37,808 nt of DNA. Source: Chiloscyllium plagiosum. Taxonomy: Eukaryota. This document shows, one piece after another, positions 1 through 12,559 of this stretch. The DNA lies in contig NC_057758.1 in NCBI RefSeq assembly GCF_004010195.1, positions 986,562-1,024,369 on the forward strand, in the 5' to 3' direction. Every line of letters begins with the position of its first letter. Position 1 is the first letter of the stretch. The translations under genes were made by a program, and so were the position numbers. The notes beneath the pieces were generated by a model, which searched no databases, was not told where the DNA came from, and was given only the letters and a program-made list of their open reading frames with translations.

Positions 1-176
1 ACTGCTCTTGTGTTTTTCCCTGACTCTTCCGAATTAGATTGCTTGCACAGCTTGCAAGGAAAGGCGGTCTGTTCACAGAATTCAGTGAAGTCAGGCTTTC
101 AGCATTAAATTGACTTTAGAAGGTATTAATTTACAGATTTAAGCGTAAATGCTAATTTTGTGCATTTTCAATTACA
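1..176 (-). mobile_element. ERV LTR, U3 end (truncated by window edge); second copy of the LTR at 35506-35950
   Basis: Ungapped alignment to 35775-35950 with 22 mismatches in 176 nt by manual count (~87.5% identity). Similarity stops exactly at the LTR terminus (minus strand TGTAATTGAAAA). No polypurine tract follows, so this is a 5' or solo LTR. Confidence 0.9.
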
Positions 177-617
177 ACGTGGGGCACACAAATCAGGTTT
201 CTAAGATGAATTTTCTCAGAGGATACTGGCAGGAATCTTTGTCTGAACGAGTGAAGACAATTTCAAGTTTTATTATTCCGAATGAGCTGTATCGTTTTAA
301 ATTTTTTCCAAATAGTATGAAAAATACCCCAGCCACATCTCAACGACAAATTAATAAGGTTTTTCCGGATATCCAATTTGTCTCGTGTATATCTATGACG
401 CGGTGAGTTTTAGTCACACGTGGAAGGAACATTTGCAACATGTACTCGAATGTTCAATTGACTTCCGGAGGGAGGTTTGATGATAAACCTAGCTAAGACT
501 GTATATGCCAAAGACCAAGTCACCTTCTTTGGCCATGTTATTGGGCATGGACAAATGGCCTGACGGAATGTAAAAACAAACGGAATTGGGGACTTCTCCA
601 CACCATTGACAAAAGCG
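177..617 (+). mobile_element. Degenerate Ty3/Gypsy (Gmr1-like) reverse transcriptase, middle/3' portion
   Basis: Translates across frameshifts as VG..SKMNFLRGYWQESLSERVKTISSFIIP..LYRFK..MKNTPATSQR, then VYIYD (decayed YIDD) AVSFSHTWKEHLQH, then GLMINLAKT..VTFFGHVIGHG. These are typical Gypsy RT motifs. Confidence 0.9.
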
Positions 618-1116
618 AATGGAGGAATTCAACAACATGCGACCAAAGGAATGGGTGCCCCAGATGGGTGGGTGATGCGAGCGAAGGCCTGGAGGACAGG
701 GAAGGAGTGGAAGCAAGAGGAAAAATGTTAATAAAGAAAATCCGAAATTCATTCTGATCAAACGAGGAACCACTAAGATTTATGTTGTGGTGCTAAAGAA
801 TAAACAATTTATTGCCGACAACAGGAATGTTACTTTTGAATCAACACTAATGCAGTTTTACGGCGATGAGAATGCAAGTGGATGAATGGCCTTTTCATGC
901 TACTGCCAATGGCTTGATGGGAGGCATATACTGATCATTGATGTTGGGAATCAAATAATTCAGCAGACACAATCGGCCGTGTCTCTATCAGAATTCCACG
1001 TTGTCTGCTGAGTGTCTCCCAACTCTGGACCAGAGTCAGCCCGCATAGAGTCTCGTTATGAGTTCAAAAGGTATTCCCTCGTCAATAGTTTCATATCCAC
1101 AGCGGTGATTCGTTTC

Positions 1117-1850
1117 TGTTATGACACGGCGGTTAATCTTACTGTCAATTAAACCAAATACCCAAAACAACTCACCTCACCTCGTAATTTGTTGAAATAA
1201 ATCTGAGTGACAGAGATCTCACGAAACATAACATCAACTTTTTTAAAACCGTAAGTGAATATAAGAAAAAGAACAGCAACTAACCCCTCTACATCTTAAC
1301 TGCTCCAACTCGGTAACAATATATTGATCCAATAAGACACTTACTAAAATTACATCAAATTAATTTCAAAACCACACAGCAGCTGTCGTCTTCGTTATCA
1401 TTCTCATTCCAGTTGAAGATCTCTCTGGATCTACTTCTTCCTTTTTACTGTGAAGATGTTTTACGTGAAAAGATACATTTGATGAGGAGGATTTCAAGTC
1501 ATGGCTCTCCCTTTCTCGATTGCAATTCCTTTGTCTGATTTTCAAAATGCATGCCTTTTCAATATCCCCAACATTGGATTGTCTCATTGGTTCGATGTTG
1601 GCTCAACAATAAATTCAGACTCGATTAAGTTTTACAATCCTGTGGCATGATTTGAACTGACTGGTTAAATTCGAATTATTGACAGAACAGCAACCAACTC
1701 AGATACCGATTTCAAAGCCAAATGTGAACTTAGTTCCATTTTACATGACACTCTGAGACTGGTCTTATCAGCTCCCAGTGCAGAAAAGCATTCACACTCT
1801 CTTAACGGAACAGTACAATCCTCCAACTACACTCAAGAATTCGATAATCA
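1117..1850. mobile_element. Possible solo LTR-like repeat
   Basis: Starts with TGTTATGAC, the same TGTTATG start as the LTR at 30536, and has a degenerate inverted end (GATAATCA) near 1850. Non-coding. No TSD found. Confidence 0.35.
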
Positions 1851-2349
1851 AGGCCAGCAGAGATGGAATACATGATTCACCAATCTTTTCAAATATAAAT
1901 GACGTGGAGAGAGACATAGAGTTTGAAGCAGAGAAAATGAAATTCATTGCTACCATTAAAAAAAACAAACAGAAAACCGATGACAATCTCAAAACAAGCC
2001 TTCAGGATTTCTAGTGAAATATTTATTTAACATTTTCATTTCCTCCACTCGTGCATTTTGTCTTTTTCTTTCTTCTTGCCTCAAATGTTTAAATTCCTCT
2101 GTGTCAGGTCATTTTGAGCTCAGCGTTCAGTGTCGATCAACAAGAGTAGATTCGGGATCACATCAAATCACAACACTGCAACTCGCGAACATATTCATCA
2201 AAGACACGTGAGAGAGAGGGAATGTTGCAAGGCAAATCATTCCTACCACCCAAATAAATCATTCAGTTTCCAAATCGCTAATTATTCATCTGGCCATTCT
2301 CCTAAAGTGCCTTTATGATAGCACAAAGGCTTCAATTATGAAGCTCTTT

Positions 2350-2677
2350 GGGATGCCAATGCAAGCTTTCAAGATTGTTAGTAAGAGTGCTAGGATTGAA
2401 CTGAGGGGAATCTTCTTCACTCAGATTTGAAATGCACCTTCTGGGACAATTATGGTGCGGAATGCAAAGGATGTCTCAAAAGAGAATTGGATATATAATT
2501 AAAAGTGTTGGATTCACAGGGCTTTGAGTAGAGGGTTGGAGAATGTGACCAACTGGGCAGCCCTTTTGGACCCGGTACATTCAAGATGTATGTGACCAAC
2601 TGGGCAGCCCTTTTAGACCCGGTACATTCAAGATAATGTTCTTCTCTCATGGAAAATTCTGTAACTCTATGATTCTA
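2350..2677 (+). mobile_element. Old CR1 LINE 3' end fragment
   Basis: Contains the CR1 ORF2 C-terminal motif (gaggggaatcttcttcactcag; aaaagagaattggat) and ends in a ctctatgattcta microsatellite-like tail. Confidence 0.6.
2543..2634 (+). repeat. 47-bp period tandem duplication (2 copies)
   Basis: atgtgaccaactgggcagccctttt(g/a)gacccggtacattcaagat occurs at 2543 and 2590 with one mismatch. Confidence 0.95.
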
Positions 2678-2689
2678 AAGAGGGAAAGG

Positions 2690-3187
2690 TGCTCATCGGT
2701 TCACAATAGAAATAGGCTTCAGGGATCAGGGATGGAAATTTGTTAGAATAGAAAACTGGTTGAAAAGGTGGCAGCGTTGGGGGAGAGTGGTTCAGGGCCA
2801 GAAGTGGTAAGGGGCTCAGGGGATGATAACTGCAAAATGGTTCTGTTGGTCGGAACTGAAAAGGGTCAGGTGATCTGAAGTGGAAAATGATTAACGGGAT
2901 GTGAACTGGCAATGTATCACGTGTTCTGAATTTTGAGGAATGTATAGGAGTAGAGGAAATTTATGGTTCAAGTGCATGATTCTCTGAAGCTGGACAGGCA
3001 AGTTGAAATCTCGTTAAGAAGGCTTATACTATTTTGTAAAGAGGGGCATAGAGTATAAACCGACAATTCTACATCTCCACAAATCTTTGGCGGACTATAT
3101 TTGAAGTATTATATACAGTTCTTCGCACCTTATTAGCGTTTGAATGTCAAAGCCCTCGAGTCAGTTTGAAGGAGATTTAGTAGAATA
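2690..3187 (+). mobile_element. Highly degenerate CR1 RT fragment
   Basis: Remnants of the CR1 motifs IENWL, VKKAY, RGIEYK, LxYxxQFxAP and RRF. Confidence 0.55.
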
Positions 3188-3278
3188 ATTAGATTCCCTA
3201 AAGTATAGAAACAGGCTCTTCGGCCCAACAAGTCCACACCGACTCTCCAAAGGGTAACCAACCCAGATCCATTCCCTG
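3188..3278 (-). mobile_element. HE1-like SINE 3' fragment
   Basis: ttagattccct..agaaacaggctcttcggcccaacaagtccacaccgac is the reverse complement of the SINE tail seen at 15100-15179, and matches 21142-21210. Confidence 0.8.
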
Positions 3279-3442
3279 ATTGTGAAGGAATTCATTGGAG
3301 AATGCATTAACCTCTGTTTTTTTCAAAATTTGTGAAAGTCTTTCTGAGATTCAATTCTACGTATATCTCCATCCTCATTTATATTCATTTATATTATATG
3401 CATCTAATTTGTTTTTTTTTTACTAAATTCGACTACCCAGGC

Positions 3443-5602
3443 ATAGAACATAGAACATAGAACAGCGCAGTAAAGGCACTTCGGCCCTTGATGTGGCGAC
3501 GTCCTGTGAAACGACTCTGAAGTCCATCTAAACTACAGTAGCCAGTTCTCGCCTTATGTCTATCGAATGTCACTTTAAATGCCATTAAAGTTAAAGACTC
3601 CTCTGGTGCGTTACACGCCCCTATTCCACTCTGAGTAAAGAACCCACCTCTGACATCAGTCCGATATATTTCACCCTTCAATTTGAAGCTCTGCATCCAC
3701 GTGCTCAACATCACTATGCGAGAAAAAGGCTCTCACTATCGACCCGACCCAAATGCTCTTCTGGTGCGTTCAAGTAAGGCACCATTCAACCTTCTTCTCT
3801 CTGATGAAGACTGCCTCTCGATCCTCAGCCGTCCCTCGTGAGACGTTGCCTGCATACCAGGCAACATCCTCGTCAGTCCTCTCTGCACCCTTTCCAAACC
3901 TTCCATTTTCTTCTTATAATGCAATGACAAGAAACATGCACGATTCTTCAAGTGCGGTCACACCAGAATTTTTTAGAGCTGCAGCATGACCTCGTTGATC
4001 CGAAACTCAATTGCTTTCCCAATAAAAGCTATCACGCCGTGTTTCTTCTAAACAATTTTACAAGCCTGTGTGGCAACTTTTCGGGATCGATGAACATTGA
4101 CGCCGAGATCTCTCTGTTCATCTACTTACCAAGAAACTTACCATTAACGTAAAAGTTTATATTCCTGTTACGCCTTCCAGAGTCATTCACTTCACACTTT
4201 TCCGCAGCAAAAACCATTTTCCAAGTCTCAGCCAAGCTCTTCACCTTATATATCTCCCTCTGTCACCTACAACATCCTTCAGCACTATTCACAACTCTGC
4301 CGAATTTAGTGTCATTCGCAAGTTTACTAACCCACCCTTCCAGTATATCATCCAGTTCATTTCTGAAAATGACAAACAGCTATGACACCAAAAAAGATCC
4401 TTGCAGTAACCCCTTAGTAACTGAACTCCAGGATGAACAATTCCCATCAACTACCGATCTCTATCATCTTTCAGCCAGTCAACTGCTTATCCCAATCGCT
4501 AAATATCCCTCAATACCATGCCTTCTTATTTTGTGCAAGTTTACCGTGTTGTCTGTACCTAATCAACTTACTACTTCCCACATGGTTTTTAACCTTTTAT
4601 CGTATAATGTTATGCACCACTTTGCCCACAACACGGGTTAGACTCACTGGTCAACAGTTACCAGGGTTATATCTACTCAATTTCTTGAATACGGGAATAT
4701 CATTTGGTATCCTCCGGTCTTCTGGCACTATTCTTGTAGACAATGGCGATATAAAGATCAAAGGCAAAGACTCTGCAATATCCTCTGTGGCTTCCCAGAG
4801 AATCCTGGCATAAATACCATCTGGCCGAGGGGACTTAACTGTTTTCACATTTTCCATATTTGCTCTAACTCGTCCTTGTGAACATCAATCCCATCAAGTC
4901 TAGTAGCCTGTACCTCAGTATTGTACTCGACAACATTGACTTTTTCCAGTGTGAATGCTGACGAAATATATTCATTTAGCGCTTCCCCTTTATCCTCCGA
5001 CTCTACGCACAAATTCCCACCAGTATTCTTGATTGGCCCTAATCTTACGCTTGTCATTCTTTCATTACTGATGTACCTGGGTTTTCCTTGATCCTACCCA
5101 CCCATGAATTGCCATGCCTCTCCTGGCTCTTATTAGCTCTCTCTTTTGGTCTTTCATAGCTAGCCTGTCACGTCTCATCCTAACATAAACATTGTTCTTC
5201 CTCTTGAAAAGTTATTCCACTTCTTTAAAAAGAAAACACAGTTCCTTCGACCGATAACTTTCTCCCTTCCTGTCCTTCCGCTGTGACACTTGCCGTGCAG
5301 AATGAACCTGTCTCTTTCCATCACCAAAGTAAACATAACAGAATTGTAGTGACTATCACCAACGTGCTCACCGACCTCCAAGTCTAATCATTGGCCAGGT
5401 TCATGACTCAGCACCAATCCGATGTGGCCTCGCCCTTGTTGGCCTGTCCACATACTGTGTCAGGAAACCGTCCTGCACATAGTAGACAAAAACGGACCTT
5501 TCCAAATTCCTTGAACTATATATTCCTAGTCAATGTTTGTAAGTCTGAGGACCCCATAGCAACTACCCTGTCACTCTCGCTCCTATCGGGAATCATCTTC
5601 GG
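3443..5602 (-). mobile_element. Degenerate CR1/HER1 LINE (ORF2 with internal deletions)
   Basis: (ATAGAAC)n tail at 3443-3463. Minus-strand ORF fragments KSPRPDGIYARILWEA, LERVQRGLTRMLPGM and YRTDVRGGFFTQ. Endonuclease remnant GEHVGDSHYNSV. Confidence 0.92.
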
Positions 5603-5663
5603 GAGTTAACTGTCGAGTTAGAGGCTGATTAGAATGTTTTCTTTCAATGCCTAAAATGTTAGA

Positions 5664-6880
5664 CACAGAACATAGAACATACTGCATTACAACGCAGGAG
5701 ATGCCCTTCGGCCCTCGATGTTGTGCCACCCTGTGAAATCAAACTGAAGCCCATTTAACCTACTCTATTTCTTTCTCGTCCATAAACCTATCCAATGACC
5801 ACTTAAATGCCCGTAAGAATGGCGAGTCAACAACGGTTGAGGGAAATGGTTCTCCAACACCACCCACTACTCTCTGAGTAAAGGAACTACCTCTTATATG
5901 TGTCACCCCTCACAAAAAAATCATTCTCCATCGTGATATCCACCAACATCCTCGGAAAAGGGCTCTCACTGACCACTGGATCTAACCCTCTGATTATCAT
6001 ATATGTCACAATTAAGTCATTCCTCAACCTTCTACTCTTAAACGAAAAGAGTCTCAAGTTCCTCAACATTTCTGCATCAGACCTTCCCTCGATACCAAGT
6101 CTGAACCCTTTCCAAAGCTTCCACAACTTTCCTCTAGTGTAGTGACTAGAACTGCACGCAATACGCCACGTGCAGTTGCACCAGGGTTTTGTAGCAGGAC
6201 TTCGTGGATCCGAATGTCGATCCATCTACGAATAAAAGCTGTCACGTCATGTGCCTTCTGAACAACCCGATCAACCTGGATGGCAACTTTGAGGGATCTC
6301 TGTGCATGGACACCGAGATCTCTCTTTTCATCTGCGCGACCAAGAATCTTGCCATTACCCCACTATTCTGCATTCCTGTTACTCCATCCAAAGTCAATCA
6401 CGACACACTTTTCTCCATTAAACACCATTTGCCACCTCTCAACTCAGATCTGCCATCGTCATTCAGCAATATCCACAACTGTACCGATCTTACTGTCTTC
6501 CACAAATTCATTAACTCATCCTTCTTCTCCCTCATCCAGGTCGTTTCTAAAAATGACAAACCCAGTGAACATAGTGGTACATCACTAATAAGTGAACTCC
6601 AGGATGAACATTTACCATCAAACAGCAGCATCTGTCTTCTTTCAGCCAACCAATTTCTGATCCAAACCGCGAAATCGCTCTCAATCCAATGCCTCCTAAT
6701 TTTGTGCATTAGCCTACCATGGGGAAACTTATCAATCGTCTTACTGCAATCTATATACACCACGTCAGCGGCTTTACCCTCATCCACCTGTTTGGTCACT
6801 TGCTCAAAGAACCCAATAAGGTTTGTGAGGGACGACCTACTCTTCGCAAAACTGTGTTGATATCCTTAACCACATTATTC
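5664..6880 (-). mobile_element. Degenerate CR1/HER1 LINE, 5'-truncated
   Basis: agaacatagaacat tail. ORF 6398..6799 reads TKQVDEGKAADVVYIDCSKTIDKFPHGRL..WIRNWL; ORF 5887..6225 has LFSFKSRRLRNDLI. Confidence 0.9.
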
Positions 6881-6987
6881 TAATTGATATAATTATCAAC
6901 AGTTTTATATCTGTATTTGCACACCATCACAATAAAAATTCAAAATCAGCTTCCTGTGATACAAATTTTCTTAAAGTAGTATGAAAT

Positions 6988-8870
6988 ATATAGAACATAG
7001 AAATATACAGCGCAGTACAGGCCTTTGGGCCCTCGATGTTGCGCCGTTCCAAGCCCACCTAACCGACACTAGCCCACTATCCTCCATATGCCTATCCAAT
7101 ACCCGTTTAAATTCCCAGAAAGAGGGAAAGTCCACCACTGCTACTGACAGGGCATTCCATGAACTCACGACTGACTGAGTAAAGAATCTACCCCTAACAT
7201 CTGTCCGATACCTACCATCCCGAAATTTAAAGCTATGCCCCCTCGTAATAGCTGACTCCATACGTGGAAAAAGGTTCTCATGGTCAACTCTATCTAAACC
7301 CCTAATCATCTTGTGCACCTCGATCAAATCACCCCTCAACCTTCTTTTCTCCATTGAAAACAGCCCCAAGTTCCTCAGCATTTCCTCATACGATCTTCCT
7401 ACCATACCAGGCAACTTCCTGGTAAACCTCCTCTGCACCCGTTCCAGTGCCTCCACATCCGACCAAAACTGCACACAATACTCGAGGTGCGGCCGCACCA
7501 GAGTCCTTTACAACTGCAACATGACCTCAGGATTCCGGAACTCAATTCCTCTACCAATAAAAGCCAGTACGCCATATGCCTTCTTCACCGCACTATTTAC
7601 CAGGGTGGCAACTTTCGGATATCTGTGTACATGGACACCAAGATCCCTCTGCTCATCCACACTACCAAGTAACCGACCACTAGCCCAGTACCCCATCTTC
7701 TTGTTACTCTTACCAAAGTGAATCACTTCACACTTACCTACATTGAAGTCCATTTGCCACCTTTCTGCCCAACTCTGCAGCTTATCTATATCCCGCTGTA
7801 ACCTGACACATCACTGTCAACAACTCTACTGACTTTCGTATCATCCGCAAACTTGTTCACCCAACCTTCTCGCCCCTCCTCCAGGTCATTTATAAAAAAA
7901 AGCTATGGTCCCAAAACAGATCTTTGCGGAACACCGGTCGTAACTGCACTGCAAGTTGAACCTTTACCATCAACTACTACCCTCTGTCTTCTTCCAGCCA
8001 GTCAATTCCTAATCCAAACCTCCAACTCACCCTCAATGCCATACCTGCGTATTTTTTGCAGTAGCCTACCATGGGGAACCTTATCAAACGCCTTACTAAA
8101 ATCCATATACACCACATCTACCGATTTACACTCGTCTACCTCCTTAGTCACCTTCTCAAAGAATTCAATAAGGTTTGTGAGGCACGACCTGCCCTTCACA
8201 AAACCATGCTGACTATCCTTGATCACATTATTCCTATCCAGGTGTTCATAAATCCTATCCCTTACAATTCTCTAAGACTTTGCCCACAACAGAAGTGAGA
8301 CTCACCGGCCTATAGTTACTCAGGTTATCCCTACTCCCCTTCTTGAACAAGGGAACCACATTTGCTACCCTCCAGTCTTCTGGCACTATTCCTGAAGACA
8401 GCGAGGACATAAAAACCAAGGCCAATGGCTCTGCAATCTCCTCCCTTGCTTCCCAGAGAATCCTAGGATAAATGCCATCAGGCCCAGGGGACTTTTCTAT
8501 TTTCATCCTTTCCAGAATTTCCAACACCTCTTCCCTACATACCTCAAAGCCATCCATTCTGCTTAATTGTGACTCAGTCTTCACATCGGCAACAATGTCC
8601 TGTTCCTGAGTGAATACTGACGAAAAGTATTCATTCAGTGTCTCCCTAATTTCTTCAACCTCCACACGCAACTTCCCACTACTATCCTTGACTGGACCTA
8701 TTCCTACCCTAGTCATTCTTTTATACCTGACATACCTATAGAAAGCCTTAGGGTTTTTTCTAATCCTACCAACTGAGGATTTTTCATGTCCCCTCCTTGC
8801 TGCTCTTAGCTCTCTCTTCAGATCCTTTCTGGCTACCTTATAACTCTCAATCGCCCCAATTGAACATTCA
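6988..8870 (-). mobile_element. Younger CR1/HER1 LINE, 5'-truncated, frameshifted ORF2
   Basis: Well-preserved motifs KSPGPDGIYPRILWEAREEIA..NYRPVSLTSVVGKVLE, QHGFVKGRSCLTNLIEFFE..YMDFSKAFDKVPH and RPHLEYCVQFWS..ERVQRRFT; tagaacatagaa tail. Confidence 0.95.
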
Positions 8871-9847
8871 AATATTAATATTTGAATGAGAGCTAGGCTT
8901 CCGTCATTCTTTTAAGAAATATTGATGACATTATTTATTCGGGAATGAAGCTAATTGCTTTATTAGAGTGGACTACATTGTTTGAATATCGGTTCTGTTG
9001 AATTTGTCATGTTAATTAATCACATGTATGCAATCAGATACCTCATGCAGCTAAGAAGTATCAAAAACTTCACAGGAAAAAATGTTGTTTCTACTCTGTG
9101 CTTGCAGGAATAGATATGGCAATGGCGAAATTACATACTAGAAAAAAATTGCTACTTTTGGAACCTCCAACGTATTATCAACTACACGCATTTTATTTTA
9201 GTGATATGATGCAAGTGTGCGGTTTTGCAGTATTCTTTAATAGAATTACAATGTTTGCTCGTTGAGATTATTGTATTAATCCATTTAGTTGATTTTTTTG
9301 TTTTCTTCTCCATTAATATAAATATTACAATCCACAGGGTAGGCATCAATTGTATTCTTTCACTACATTGACAATCTTGGATTCACATCTAATCTGATTC
9401 TGTTTAATGCCTAAACCAGCAGATATATCGCCATGACAAATAAAAACTCGCAAGAGACTCTGGGCTTCCAGCAGTGGAGACAGCTCTAGGCACTAAGTGA
9501 ATGAGAGTCGAAGGAAATCAATCATCTTACTTCCAGTTGTCAGGGGGAGTTTTGTTGTGTTATGATTCGTGGTTATGATGTATTCTGTGTTGAACGGAAT
9601 GTATGTCATTGAGTATGAATCTGCAGATTTAGATAATTATCTACTCGAATTAGGTTTTATGCTTGAACCCTAAGTTGATGCACAAATAATGTTGTATATG
9701 TTGTGACCAAGATTATCTCAGAGAGCAGTTGAAGGATGCGTAGTAATAAAGCCCTTTATATCAATTTCTAAATTAATAAACTTTTCAAAAGAGGAGTCAG
9801 AAGTACAAGTCGATCAAGTGATATGTTTTCTCCACAATTAACTCTCC

Positions 9848-10347
9848 NNNNNNNNNNNNNNNNNNNNNNNNNNNNNNNNNNNNNNNNNNNNNNNNNNNNN
9901 NNNNNNNNNNNNNNNNNNNNNNNNNNNNNNNNNNNNNNNNNNNNNNNNNNNNNNNNNNNNNNNNNNNNNNNNNNNNNNNNNNNNNNNNNNNNNNNNNNNN
10001 NNNNNNNNNNNNNNNNNNNNNNNNNNNNNNNNNNNNNNNNNNNNNNNNNNNNNNNNNNNNNNNNNNNNNNNNNNNNNNNNNNNNNNNNNNNNNNNNNNNN
10101 NNNNNNNNNNNNNNNNNNNNNNNNNNNNNNNNNNNNNNNNNNNNNNNNNNNNNNNNNNNNNNNNNNNNNNNNNNNNNNNNNNNNNNNNNNNNNNNNNNNN
10201 NNNNNNNNNNNNNNNNNNNNNNNNNNNNNNNNNNNNNNNNNNNNNNNNNNNNNNNNNNNNNNNNNNNNNNNNNNNNNNNNNNNNNNNNNNNNNNNNNNNN
10301 NNNNNNNNNNNNNNNNNNNNNNNNNNNNNNNNNNNNNNNNNNNNNNN
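9848..10347. other. Assembly gap (500 N)
   Basis: Run of N characters. Confidence 1.
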
Positions 10348-12058
10348 GAGGCATGGCAATTCGTGGGTGGATCGGATCAAGGAAAACCCAGGTATATCAG
10401 TAATGAAAGAATGACGAGCATAAGATTAGGGCCAATCAAGAATACTGGTGGGAATTTGTGCGTAGAGTCGGAGGATAAAGGGGAAGCGCTAAATGAATAT
10501 ATTTCATCAGTATTCACACTGGAAAAAGTCAATGTTGTCGAGTACAATACTGAGGTACAGGCTACTAGACTGATGGGATTGATGTTCACAAGGAGGACGT
10601 TAGAGCAAATATGGAAAATGTGAAAATAGGCCAGATCGTATTTATGCCAGGATTCTCTGGGAAACCACAGAGGATATTGCAGAGTCTTTGCCTTTGATCT
10701 TTATATCGTCATTGTCTACAAGAATAGTGCCAGAAGACCGGAGGATAGCAAATGATATTCCCGTATTCAAGAAGTTGAGTAGACATAACCCTGGTAACTA
10801 TTGACCAGTGAGTCTAACCCCTGTTGTGGGCAAAGTGGTGCATAACATTATACGATAAAAGGTTAAAAACCATGTGGGAAGTAGTAAGTTGATTAGGTAT
10901 AGACAACATGGTAAACTTTCACAAAATAAGAAGGCACGGTATTGAGGGATATTTAGCGATTGGGATAAGCAATTTACTGGCTGAAAGATGATAGAGATCG
11001 GTAGTTGATGGGAATTGTTCATCCTGGAGTTCAGTTACTAAGGGGTTACTGCAAGGATCTTTTTTGGTGTCATAGCTGTTTGTCATTTTCAGAAATGAAC
11101 TGGATGATTTACTGGAAGGGTGGGTTAGTAAACTTGCGAATGACACTAAAGTCGGCAGAGTTGTGAATAGTGCTGAAGGATGTTGTAGGTGACAGAGGGA
11201 GATATATAAGGTGAAGAGCTTGGCTGAGACTTAGAAAATGGTGTTTGTTGCGGAAAACTGTGAAGTGAATGACTCTGGAAGGCGTAACAGGAATATAAAC
11301 TTTTGCGTTAAAGGTAAGTTTCTTGGTAGGTAGATGAACAGAGAGATCGCGGCGTCAATGTTCATCGATCCCGAAAAGTTGCCACACAGGCTTGTAAAAT
11401 TGTTCAGAAGAAACACGGCGTGATAGCTTTTATTGGTAAAGCAATTGAGTTTCGGATCAACGAGGTCATGCTGCAGCTCTAAAAAATTCTGGCGTGACCG
11501 CACTTGAAGAATCGTGCATGTTTCTTGTCACTGCATTATAAGAAGAATATGTAAGGTTTGGAAACGGTGCAGAGAGGACTAACGAGAATGTTGCCTGGTA
11601 TGCAGGGAAGGTCTCACGAGGGAAGGCTGAGGGTTACGAGGCAGTCTTCATCAGAGAGAAGAAGGTTGAAAGGTGCCTTACTTGAACGCACCAGAAGAGG
11701 CTTTGGGTCGGGTGGATAGTGAGAGCCTTTTTCTCGCATAGTGATGTTGAGCACATGGATGCAGAGCTTCAAATTGAAGGGTGAAAGATATCGGACTGAT
11801 GTCAGAGGTGGGTTCTTTACTCAGAGTGGAATAGGGGCGTGTAACGCACCAGAGGAGTCGTTAACTTTAATGGCATTTAAATTGACATTCGATAGACATA
11901 TGGCGAGAACTGACTACTGTAGTTTAGATGGACTTCAGAGTCGTTTCACAGGACGTCGCCACATCAAGGGCCGAAGTGCCTTTACTGCGCTGTTCTATGT
12001 TCTATGTTCTATGCCAGGGTAGGCGAATTTAGTAAAAAAAAAAAAATTAGATGCATAT
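10348..12058 (+). repeat. Inverted duplicate of 3396-5120 (decayed CR1 plus ~45 bp of 3' flank)
   Basis: Reverse-complement match. The decayed ORF translations are nearly identical (11741..12022 vs 3433..3714 differ at 4 of 93 aa). The copies share internal deletions and the flank gaatttagta(a)n-ttagatgcatat. Confidence 0.95.
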
Positions 12059-12559
12059 GAACAAAGATCAGTGAACCAGAAGGTCGTAATCGGATTGGCA
12101 GTCTGTATTCAGAGAATACAATTGAAAAAAAAACATGATTATCATGGTGCAGATAAAATTCAAGTGAGTTACTTCATCTACATGGAGCTTGTTGCAGCAG
12201 AACTGAAATTTAACTTATTCTGCATTCGTTCATGCGATTGCATTTGTCACTGGCTGGGCTAGCATTTAATGCCCAGAGGTCACTATAGCATGTAAACTTA
12301 AGGAAATTGAAACTAGGCCATGGATCCACTCTCGCTTATTGAAATGGATGAAGCGTAATGCAATTATTTTATAGTCGGGCATGATAGCTGAATATTAAAG
12401 GAGTGATCAAAATACATTTGTTACCTGACTTTGTAAATTTCATGCAAAATTCTGTACACCAATGCGAAGAGATGAAACTCGCTTGAATAGGACTCATGCT
12501 AAGAAGGATTGATGCAAGTAACACGTTGAGGTGTGGTACATTAGGGAAATGTCTGAAAA

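Noticed and set aside
1778..2014. 78-aa Lys-rich ORF
   Set aside because: Non-ATG start, A-rich composition, no recognisable domain or splice structure.
6204..6860. 218-aa plus-strand ORF (and similar ORFs at 7311..7721 and 7853..8212)
   Set aside because: Antisense shadows of CR1 ORF2, with no independent protein motifs.
6984..8875. aaatat flanking the young CR1 as a TSD
   Set aside because: A 6-bp AT-rich match is easily due to chance, and CR1 often lacks clear TSDs.
9797..10623. Long ORFs of 180-266 aa in the ORF track
   Set aside because: Artefacts of translating through the 500-N gap.
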